Origin: a virus
Taxonomy: Duplodnaviria > Caudoviricetes
IMG/VR virus record: IMGVR_UViG_3300020576_005084
Span: 1,184 to 65,183 of that record
Strand: one strand, 5' to 3'
Length of the DNA: 64,000 nt
Made by a program: the position numbers and the translations under genes. The notes under the pieces were generated by a model that searched no databases, was not told where the DNA came from, and saw only the letters and a program-made list of their open reading frames with translations. Shown in pieces: positions 43,753-53,500 of the stretch; position 1 is the stretch's first letter; each line of letters begins with the position of its first letter.

Positions 43753-44198
43753 GGGGTGGCGGCGGGCGCGTTCGACGCGCTGCGGACGTTTACGAGCAGC
43801 TCTTCGCAGCTCTGCACCTGCGGCCAGTTTTTGACGATGGCGTAATACTGGCCCCGGGCGGTCTGCAGCTGGCCGGACCACGAATCGAGTGCCGCGGCGT
43901 TGCCCATCTGCTGGGCGAGGCACACCTGCCTCTTGGCGTCACGCAGATCCCGGTTGAGCTGGCCGATCTGGATCTGCACGAGGGTGTTCTGCTGGGTGGT
44001 GACATCGCTGGCCAGCGCGAACCCGCTGAGCCCAAGCCATGTCAGGTAGCCACACGCTTGCGCGGTGTGAAGACCGCCGATCAAAACGACACCCGCCAGA
44101 ATTGAAGAGATGGCCATGTCGTAACGCTCGCGCTCTGTCTTCGGGCGCATTTTCGGCGGCACCATTTTCGCTGCGACGTCTTGGATCAAGTCGGTCAT
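43749..44198 (-). CDS. Membrane protein in the lysis cassette
   Basis: 149 aa; TM segment ISSILAGVVLIGGL...WLGLSGFAL, then a coiled region with two Cys. Confidence 0.65.
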   Translation of the reverse strand: MTDLIQDVAAKMVPPKMRPKTERERYDMAISSILAGVVLIGGLHTAQACGYLTWLGLSGFALASDVTTQQNTLVQIQIGQLNRDLRDAKRQVCLAQQMGNAAALDSWSGQLQTARGQYYAIVKNWPQVQSCEELLVNVRSASNAPAATP

Positions 44199-44276
44199 TA
44201 ACTTTTTACGCCCCGAAAAAGAATCAACCGGCCCGTTAGCAATTTCGCTAAATCGTTCCCGGCTATCAAGAAAAAA

Positions 44277-44585
44277 TTAGTGCGACTTTGGTTCCATTCT
44301 GCACCCCTGCATCGCGCCTTCGACAACAGGCAGCCAACCCATGTAGGCGAGCAACTGTGACGTTACGATTTTGGTCTTGGCGTCGGTGTTCGGCACAAGC
44401 GAAAGGGTGTCCCACAGCCGTTGGCGCGTCATCAGATCCGGCCGCTGGTTCTTGGTGTCGACGGCGCAGGGCACCGGGATGGCAATGTCTACATCCTTGG
44501 TGACGATCACCGGCTCGGACTTGTGCGCACATGACGTGACGAGAAAGACGACGGCCAGAATGCTGGCGGAAGCGAGCCTACTCAT
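44277..44585 (-). CDS. o-spanin (Rz1-like lipoprotein)
   Basis: Start MSRLASAS; lipobox LVTS-C; 'V.I..PVPC...P'; ATGA overlap with the i-spanin. Confidence 0.8.
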   Translation of the reverse strand: MSRLASASILAVVFLVTSCAHKSEPVIVTKDVDIAIPVPCAVDTKNQRPDLMTRQRLWDTLSLVPNTDAKTKIVTSQLLAYMGWLPVVEGAMQGCRMEPKSH

Positions 44586-45010
44586 TTGCCAAACCCCACA
44601 GCGAAGATGTTGTCGACCGACGGGCACTTCGCGTCGGTCGGCTTGATCGCATTCACGCGTGCGATCCGATCGCGGTATTCCTTCTGGAGGCGCAGACGCT
44701 CGTCGACGAGATCCTGCGCGGCCGACTGGAGAGCAACACGCGCGGTCTCGAGCGACTTGACACCGATGTTGCACTTGTCGAGGCCGTTCGAGATCACGAG
44801 GTTGTTGGCGACCAGCTTGATGTTTTCCCGCTCTAGGCGCAGCGCCATCGGCCGGTAACCCTCGGAGATCTCCCAGCCCAGCAGGCTCATGCCGTTGAGC
44901 CGTATGCTCTGCACGACCGACACCGGCAGAGTTACGATGCCGATGCAGGCGAAGCAGAAGATCAGGATGCCCCAGAGCTTCTTGGCAAGAATCTCGGCGA
45001 TGAAACTCAT
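44582..45010 (-). CDS. i-spanin (Rz-like)
   Basis: N-terminal TM segment, coiled periplasmic region, C-terminal Cys 'DAKCP'. Confidence 0.75.
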   Translation of the reverse strand: MSFIAEILAKKLWGILIFCFACIGIVTLPVSVVQSIRLNGMSLLGWEISEGYRPMALRLERENIKLVANNLVISNGLDKCNIGVKSLETARVALQSAAQDLVDERLRLQKEYRDRIARVNAIKPTDAKCPSVDNIFAVGFGK

Positions 45011-45294
45011 TTCGCTACGTCTCCCTTGGCTTTCATCCACAGTGCGCCGCCGGTAGTGGTCAGAAGCACACCACCGCCTGCGGCCCATGCCGCCAGCGCG
45101 GTTCCGTAGGCTGTCATGTCAGCGCTGTGGTCCGGCGTGTAGATGACCTTGTGCACGAGGGCGAAGATGAGGGCGCCCCCACCAACAATGTAAACCAGCA
45201 GAATGGAGAGAAACCCAGCGCGCAGCGGATCCAGCTGCTCGTTGTTGTCGTCCTCACACATCATGTTGAAGATCTGGCGGAAGAAAGATTTCAT
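45007..45294 (-). CDS. Holin-like protein (2 TM segments)
   Basis: 95 aa, two hydrophobic segments, basic C-terminus, first gene of the lysis cassette. Confidence 0.6.
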   Translation of the reverse strand: MKSFFRQIFNMMCEDDNNEQLDPLRAGFLSILLVYIVGGGALIFALVHKVIYTPDHSADMTAYGTALAAWAAGGGVLLTTTGGALWMKAKGDVAK

Positions 45295-47090
45295 TGGGCC
45301 ACCTGCTGTGTCTGGCTTTCGTCGTTCCAGTATTCGTCATCCCAGATCTCATAGGACTTCTGCCCCTCGCGCTTCGCGCGCTTTGGGCCGTAGGTGCTGG
45401 CACCGAAGCCGAGGCCGTCGGCGATCATCACGGCCAAAAACGGCGCAGCGTTAGGATCCTGCAGCGCTTCGTAGCCGGTGCTGGCGCCGATCGGTGTTAC
45501 CAAGCCAAGAGCGGTGTTGGTCCACGTCACCTTGTTACCGGCCATGTCGGTGCCGTTTGCCAGCGCGATCATCTTGCCGAGCAGCGGCGATGCCTTGCCT
45601 TCGATATAATCCTCTATGACGTCGATACGGGTGCGAGATCCGAACTTGCCGGTGCCCAACTCCGAGACGCGGCCGGACGTCGAGCTCTTGCTGGAGCCCA
45701 TGATCAGGCGCGCGGCCAGCGTCACCATGGAGCCCATGCCGCCGGATATGTCGAACCGGGTGTCGCCGATTTTTATCTTTCCGAAGTTTGCCGAGCGCGG
45801 ATCCCACTCGACACTGTCAGGATCCAGCATGCCCGCGATGGCGTAAACCAAGGCCATGGTACCGACGATGCGCGCCAGATTCATCGCAGCCTGACGGCGC
45901 ACGAAGTTGCGCGCGGGGCCCTTCTCGATGCCGAAGCCCAGCGTGTGCCCCGTGAGTGTGTCCCAGTTGGACTTCAGGAAGCGCAACGAGAAGAACGCGG
46001 CGTTGACCCAGTCTGCGGGCCTGTCGCCAACCAAGGCTTTCACGCTGCCGCGGCCGGTCATGGAGTTGATCAGATCCCCGATGCCTTCTGCCGCACCACC
46101 GGGCGCGGACAAGTCGACGCCAGCGGCCTCGGCTTTAGGAATCAGGCGATCGGCGATGTCGGCGCGGAAGCGCAGCGAGCCACCAACAAAAGCCGATTCC
46201 GACATTTTGTAGACGCGTCCAAAAACCGGAATTTTCTCCGGCAAGGCGGTGGGGAAAGCCTCTTCGAACTGCTGCCCGAGGGCGAGCTTCATGTTGTCGT
46301 ATTTGCCCATCATCGCGTTGGGCCGGGAGTAGATGTCGGCTTTGAGTGCAGAGATTGGATCGCCACCAACAGCCACACTGGCCATGTCGCTCCACGATTT
46401 CACAAAACCCTTGGCCCAGATATCGGGATGGTTGATCAGTGTCCTGAGACCCTGACGGCCGAAGAAGCTGTTGTCGAGCGATGCGACGACACCCTTGACG
46501 GAGTTGGCGGCGTCGAGAAGCGCGCGGCCGTTGGGTTGCGTCAGCCACTCCTTGAAGTTCTTGGCGTTTGCATCGCGCATCAGCACACCAACATAGTCCT
46601 GATATGCGACGAGCGCGGTGCCGTAGGCCAGCCGATCGGTCTCGCTGGTCCACTCCTGTGTATCCGCGTTCCACTTTTCCTTGAGCGCGGAGATGTTCTT
46701 GGCGCCGGTCGAGATGGTCTTGGCCTCGTCGAAGGTCACGGACGCACCGAACTTCTTGGCGGCCAGATCCGCAAGGAAGGCCTTCTCTTCGGCGGGCTCG
46801 AGCACGTTCTCCAGCTTCTTCACCTTCTCGATGAAGTCCTTGCGGGTCTTCGGCGACAGACCGGACATGTCCGTGGCCCACCGCTGCAGGCCCGCGATCT
46901 GGTCCTTCAGGAGCAGCTTGCTTTCGAACGCGGCGTTCACACCCTCGGCGTTGGCCGGTCCTACGATCTTGGCGAAGTAGGCACGGCGATCGGCGCTGGT
47001 CATGTCCATCAGCTTCCCGGGATCGATCGCACCGGACTTCAGTGCGGCGAGAAACTTCTGAGCATCAGGTTTCGGAATGCAATACGACAT
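45291..47090 (-). CDS. Internal virion (ejected) protein
   Basis: 599 aa, helical; C-terminal 'VEWDPRS.NFGKIKIGDTR.D' motif seen at the end of podovirus ejection proteins. Confidence 0.65.
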   Translation of the reverse strand: MSYCIPKPDAQKFLAALKSGAIDPGKLMDMTSADRRAYFAKIVGPANAEGVNAAFESKLLLKDQIAGLQRWATDMSGLSPKTRKDFIEKVKKLENVLEPAEEKAFLADLAAKKFGASVTFDEAKTISTGAKNISALKEKWNADTQEWTSETDRLAYGTALVAYQDYVGVLMRDANAKNFKEWLTQPNGRALLDAANSVKGVVASLDNSFFGRQGLRTLINHPDIWAKGFVKSWSDMASVAVGGDPISALKADIYSRPNAMMGKYDNMKLALGQQFEEAFPTALPEKIPVFGRVYKMSESAFVGGSLRFRADIADRLIPKAEAAGVDLSAPGGAAEGIGDLINSMTGRGSVKALVGDRPADWVNAAFFSLRFLKSNWDTLTGHTLGFGIEKGPARNFVRRQAAMNLARIVGTMALVYAIAGMLDPDSVEWDPRSANFGKIKIGDTRFDISGGMGSMVTLAARLIMGSSKSSTSGRVSELGTGKFGSRTRIDVIEDYIEGKASPLLGKMIALANGTDMAGNKVTWTNTALGLVTPIGASTGYEALQDPNAAPFLAVMIADGLGFGASTYGPKRAKREGQKSYEIWDDEYWNDESQTQQVAQ

Positions 47091-47560
47091 TAGAATTGCG
47101 CCCTCAGATATGCGACCAGCTTTTCAAGCAGCTTTGCGTTGTCATCCGCCAAACCAAGAATAGTATTGCAGTGCGAACATATCCAACCACGAAAAAGACC
47201 AGTCAAGTGGCAGTGATCGAAACATATCCTTCGTGCCTGCCCACACACTTCGCAATTTTTGGGTTTTGGTCGGCCTGCTTCTTTTAGCTGGCGCGCTGCA
47301 TATTTTTCCACCTGCCTTCTGCGTTTCTCTTCGTAAGGAATTTTACCTTTTTTCTTGTTGGCCTCTGACAGCTTCCTTCTGTGCTCCGCAGTTTTAACTC
47401 TGCCTTTTCCTGCAGCTGAAATTTTTGCACGGTGTTCTGGCGTTTTTACAACCATACTTAGTTTTGCTCGGTGCTCCGCAGAGTGCTTGCGGCCGGTTAA
47501 AGAAGCACGCATTTTAGCTTTCGCTTCTTCCGACAGCTTATGTCCTTTCACAAAAACCAC
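47090..47560 (-). mobile_element. Free-standing homing endonuclease: NUMOD3 repeats plus an endonuclease VII domain
   Basis: Repeats 'KHSAEHRAKLS', 'KTPEHRAKIS', 'KTAEHRRKLSEA'; 'CEVCG...CFDHCH.TG.FRGW.C..CN..LG'; AT-rich relative to the genome. Confidence 0.85.
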
Positions 47561-47563
47561 AGG

Positions 47564-50500
47564 CTACACCTTGCAAATAAGAGACGCGATGAAATCGTTC
47601 CAGTTGGCCTTCTTGGTCGACTTGGCTGTCGCCCGCGACACACGAAGACCACGCTCTACCGTTTCATTGATCTTGGCCTCCGGGTCAATGCCACGGGCTT
47701 TACCACGGGCTTCGCGGGCCAGACGGATCTGCCGCATGGCCTCGGCCGGGGTATCCTTGAGCCGGTTACGCCACGCGGCCGTCTGCTGGCCTTGGGTGGT
47801 GGCGAGCTCGGATATGGGCGACCGGCTCAGGCGTTCTTGCAGCGCGTAGTCGTTATTGGCGATGGCGGCTTTTTCCAGCTCGATGAACACGAACTGGGGG
47901 TGGACACCCGTCAGCGATTTTGCCTCGAGCATGGCGATTGCCAGTGCCCGCTCAGGATCCTCGGCCACCAGACGTGCGGCGCGATCCAGTTGGGGCTTCT
48001 CCTCCCCGACATCATAGGCTTCGCCGTTTATCGCACGGAAACGGGTCTCACCAGTGCCGTCGATCGGCTGCTGCGCCCGGCGACGGGGCGCGCGATCGGG
48101 GATCGGGGGCAGATCCACAACCGTAGTGCTCGAGGGGCCTGCGTTGTTGCCAAACATGGCGGCGTAAGTGGGATCCTGCCGGATCATCTTCTCACGCAGC
48201 GAAGACGGCACGCGCGGAGAGAAGGACGCGCTTTCTACCGTCTGGAATTTTGACGGGTCGAACGGGCCCCACTTCGCAGCGTTGGGACCGAGCACTTCAC
48301 CCTGCCCATCGGCGAACTGGCTGATAGCGTCCTGCTTCAGCCGTTCGCTGACCGCGTTGGCCTCCTCGGCCGTCAGCGGACGATCGAGCTGCATGGCGAC
48401 TGCGGGCGCACCGGACTTGCCGTAAATGCGACGGGCACGCTCTGCAATGACGCGGGCGCCGGTATCCTCGACAACGGCGCGGGCCTCGTCGACGGTGAAA
48501 GACTGGCCACCGTCCAGACGATCGAGGCGCAGGTTGATGGTCGCGCCTTCCGGCGCGGCGGGATGCAGATAGTCCAGAAGGCGCTCCTGCGCCTCGGCGG
48601 CTTCGTCCCACGAGGGGTACACCGGGGCGCGCTGCAGCTCGGCCGACATCTCCTTGGGGTCGAGCACCATGAGCACAACGTCCGGCTTGCCGCCGTTGAA
48701 CTTCTTGTACAGATCCTTGTCCCAGCCTTCAGGCGCATACTCGTCGTTCCACGACGTGCGTGCGGCCTCGACGAAGCCGAAGCGGTGATAGAACTTCGGA
48801 AGGATGGTGTCGAAGGCGTCAAGCTTCACACCACCAGCGGCGACGGCGACTTCCATCATCGCGCTGCCGCTCTTGTCGGTGGAGAACACCGACACAATGT
48901 CGCCGTCAGGCTTCACCGCCACGCCGCTCTTGCCGTTGTCGGCGAGCATCAGGCGGAAGTTCTTGTAGTCCTCGACCGGGTACACGGCGACGGCCGCGCC
49001 GAAGCGGTTGGCGCTCTTCGCAGCGGTGATCAGGTCGGCGAAGCGGCGGGCGTTGGAATCCGTCTGCTCGAGCTCGAGCACGCGGGCGGGAATGTTGACG
49101 CCTGCAGCGGTGTAGCTTTCACGCAGATCCTTGCCAGCGTTCCACTCCGCGGCATAGGTGACACCGAGCGACTTTAGAAGCCGCCCGCGGCCGCCATCTC
49201 TTCCGCCTCCTCGCGTGTAAGACCGGGATGATCCCGCATCGCCTGCGCGATCGGATCGGAGCTGTCGAGTTGTGTCGAGCCTTGGAGAGAACTGAGCGGC
49301 AGCATACGGCTGGGCGTCTGCCCCGGCTCCGAGGGGTCCACCGGCAAAGTCTTCACCCGGGACAGGCCCCGGAAGAGCTCCCTCTCGGTTTCTGTCGGCG
49401 AAGCGCCGGGCGACGTCGTCGAGACGTGCGCGGTTGACTTCAGGTCTTTCATACCAAGCCTCGTTGCCGCTTGCGGTGACCTTGAATTTCGAGGGCACTA
49501 CGCCGTTGGCGGGTTTTTTGATCTCTTCCAGAAACGCACGGAAGGCCGGGACGCTGAATTCGTAGCGCCCGCCCGAGGGGGTGTCATAGCGGAAAAAGGG
49601 CCGGTTGTCATCATCCCGGCCGTACCGGGCGCCATACTCGTAGGCCCCGTATTCACCCTGTTTTGCGGTCACGTCGGCGATCGCCGACCGGTTGGACTTG
49701 GAGATCAGGGCATCGTCCAGAATGGCCCCCAGCGTGCCGTGGGAGGCTTCCTGCTGGGAGTAGGCGACCCAGCTCTCCCAGTGGTAGCGCCCCACGGAGG
49801 CGTCCTGCGGGCGCCCAGCGGCGGCGTAAATGGACCCGATCTTGGCCTGCAGGCCCCGCTCGATCGCCTCGTAAGCCAGCAGGCCGCGGACGCCGTAGGT
49901 CAGGTTGGCCAGCGGGGTGCCGGTGATCACCTTGCCCTCGGCGTCCTTCTGGCCGTCGTAGATGTTGGTGTCCTTGAACCGGCCGTCGTCCCACAGCTGG
50001 CGCGTCTGGACGCGGTCGATGACCATGACGTCGCTGTGACCGGCAACCAGCAGGGTGAAGGAGACCACCTTGTTGTCGATGCCGACGCCTTCGCCGAACT
50101 TCATGAACTCGCGGCGGATCTGCTGGCCGGTCATGTTCGGATCGCTGAACATCTCGTGCAGGTGCTGCATCCGGGTTTTGCCGGTCTCATCCTTCAGCGC
50201 CATGTTCACGAGGAAGTTGTTGCCGAACGCGTTGAGATTGTGCGTGGCACCGGCACCGGGCTGGCCCGAGCCCTTGGGCGCCACAGAGCGGGCCCACGCC
50301 TCGTACTCGGGCATGTCGTCCTTGGTGAAGTTGCCGTCGGCCGCGCGTTGGATCCACGGCGCGGCGCCATCAAAGGCGTCGATGAAGAGGCTTTCCTGAA
50401 CATATGGTGACACGCCACGCGAGAGGAACGACCAGAGGAAAAGCTTGCCGGTTGTGACCGGCGTCAGCTGGCCGCTTTCATAGGCGGCACGGAATTTCGC

Positions 50501-53500
50501 GGCCTGCTCAAAACCGTGGGTCGCATCTTCAATCTGGCCCGCGGACAGGGCAGACACCTTGTTGGTGGCCTCCGCGCTGTTGAGATCGCGGATGAAGGCA
50601 TACGGCGGGATCGGCACGTCGCTGCCCCCAAGGGCATACGCCATCATCTCCGACCACGCCTCCGGGGACTTGGTCGGGTTCTTGAACTTCGACAGGACGT
50701 CGTCGAGATTTTCGAGCTGCTTGCCAGCGTTGCCATTGGTGGTCGTCTGGGTCAGCAGCGTCTGCGGCTCGCCCTTGTTGTTGAGCGCGAACTTCGGCGG
50801 ATTGAGAACGCGGACACGCAGCGACGGTGCGAAGCCGTGCACGTTCTTGTCGGCGACATCCTTGCCGGGCTTGGAGATCTTGATCTTGGGGCTGAACTTC
50901 GGCTGGCCACGCATGACTTCAGCGCGCATTTGCGGCGTGATGTCGAGCGAGTGGACGGGTGTGTTGCCTGTGTTTTTCGCCTTGTTTTCAGGATCGTTGA
51001 TGTATTCCTGTGTCAGAACACGGCGCTCGGCCTGCGATGTGTTGTTCCACGTCTCGTCCGACATGTCGTGGTATTGCGCGACATCTTCGGGTTGAGCTGC
51101 GGCATCGCGCAAGGTCGTGCCCGCTGTCGGCACCACGCCGTCTTCGACCTTGGCGGCCCACTTCTTGACGTACTTGTCGACAAACGCGGGCAGGATCTTG
51201 TCGTAGAACCCGCGCATGCCGGAGCCGCCGACCTTCAGGCCGTCGCCATCGACGCGACCTTCGCTCTTTTTCGACTGCACGATCCCGTCGGCGATGTCCT
51301 TGCCGACAACGTCAGGGATCTCTTCTGCCGGAATCGTCTTTCCGTAAATCACGTCACCGTCGTGATCGTAGACATCGAGATGATACTTGCCGGTCGCGGT
51401 CTTGTACCAGTCAATGTATTCAACCTTCTGGCTCAGGTCATAGCGATCGGCGTTGGTGTCGCCGGTATCCCACGTCACACGGTCATAGCCGTTCTCGACG
51501 GCATAGCGCAGGGCCCGCTTGAAGGCGAGCTCGTGCCATGTGGTCTTGAACGGGGCGTCTGGCACGGCGCTGCGGGCCTTGCGCAAGGCTTCGACAGCGT
51601 CGTTGTGCTTCTTGATAGCCGCCAGCATCTCAGGATCGCTGTCGATCGCGTTTACGCGACTGAGAGCCTCCATGGCTTCAGGGCTGGCGTCGTCATAGAT
51701 TTCACGTTTGCTGGTGTACTTGCCGCCCGTTGCTTCGGCGAACTTCTTCTCGCGCAAAGCATACATCTCGTCGGTGGCTTTTTTGCTGGCTTCAACCAGC
51801 GCAGGCACCTTGGAAGCATCGCCGTATCCGTTCTTGCGGCCGATCTGGTGCCAGTCGCTCTGGATCTCGGCGATGTGCAGGATCTTCTCGCCGTTCGGCC
51901 CGGTGCGGGTATCGAAACGGATGTGGGCAAGGACATTGGATTCGGCCCAATGCTTTCCTTTGAAATTTCCAGCAGCAGATCCGATCGGAGAATTCTTCGC
52001 TGCGCGGGCAATAGCATCCTGCGCGGTGCGTGCGGATTCCCGCGGCACACCAAGAATCCAACGCTTGTTTGCATCGCGCACTTCCCAAATCGGGCCACTG
52101 GCAGGATCGCCTTCAGCCTCTTTCGCTGTCCACCCTGTGGTGTCGCGGGGAATCGCAGGAAGCGTGAGCAGGAGCTCGTGGTAGTCCTTGCCGCCGGGCA
52201 GCGAGTATTCGGCGAACTTCGTCGGGTTGTCGCTGTTCGCAATGCGCTCCAGCTCGACCATGCGATCGTAAGCCGCCTGCGGCATGTCTTCCATTTGCGC
52301 GCGGTACTGCGCGCGGAGTTCGTCGTATTCCGCCTCTTCCGCAGGGCCGATGACGCCGCCCTTCATCACTTCTTCGATCTTTACCGAGCCGACTTCCAGC
52401 TGCTCGAGCACCTCGGCCTTGGTCACCGGGCGCGTCTGGGCACCCAGCCACTTGTCGATGCCAGTGGTCTTGATCTCCTCGGCCTTGATGCCGGGCATGT
52501 TCTTGATGGTCGCCAGCCACTGGCCGGGAGGTGCCTTGTCGAACTTCACGCTGTCGACGGCACGCTCCAGCGCAGAGAAGAACACCGGGCCTTTCTCTTC
52601 GACCTTGGGGCTGAACTGCGGCTTGCCGCCAGTATCCTGCGCCATCTGGTTGGCGACAAAACGGTCGGCGTCGGTCGGGTTGCCGGTCTCGGCTTCGCGC
52701 GGCGTGGGCTTGCCGATCCGCACAGGCTCGCCGGAGGCGGGCTTCTTGGCGGCGGGCTCTTCGGTCTTTTCCTTCGTGACCTCGGCAGCCTTGGCCATGC
52801 GCGCATGTGCTTCGACCATCTTGGCCCGCACAACGGCCATGTCCTCGTTGTCGGTCTTGGGGTTGACCCGGTCCTCGATCGCGGCGCGAATCTTCGCGAG
52901 ACGATCCCGAGCGGCCTTGGTCAGGTACTTCTCACCGCCGCGCACCTTGGCGACGATCGCCTTCTCTTCGGCGCGCAGGTGGGCGACTTGGGGGCTCTTC
53001 TCCGCATCGCTGCGGCGTTTGGTGTCCAGCTCGCCCAGCCAGCGCTTGTAGACCTCGGCCTGCTGCTTGGCCTCGGCATAGCCTTCGCGCGGCTTGGGGC
53101 CAGCGCGTGTGGGGTTGGCCTCCTTGCCGACCATCGCCTCGGTGACGACGTTCTCGGCGGTCGGCGCCTTGTCGGACAGGCCTTCCGTCTCGCCGATCTT
53201 GGCGGCGTGCATCTTCGCGATGGTGTCGTGGATCTGGTCGAGGTTGGTCACCCACTTGTCGGTCTCGAACATGCGGGCAGGCTTGAAGAACTTCTGCAGC
53301 GTGTTGAAGCTCTCGCGCAGGCTGGTCATCAGCTTGCCCAGAACGTCGGTGGCGACGTTCTTGCCGTAGCGTTCCTCGACGGCACCAATGACCTTCTCGA
53401 CGAAGCCGGTGAACCGCGGCGCATCGCCGATCATGTCCTTGCCAAGCTCGTTGTACAGGTGGTCCAGCACGGCGTCAGCATGCGCGGCCTGCCCTTCCGG

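Noticed and set aside
44199-44276. AT-rich gap with the palindrome TTAGC-N6-GCTAA as a CtrA box controlling the lysis genes
   Set aside because: It does not match TTAA-N7-TTAA in sequence or spacing. It may still be a promoter or operator, but I cannot support a specific call.
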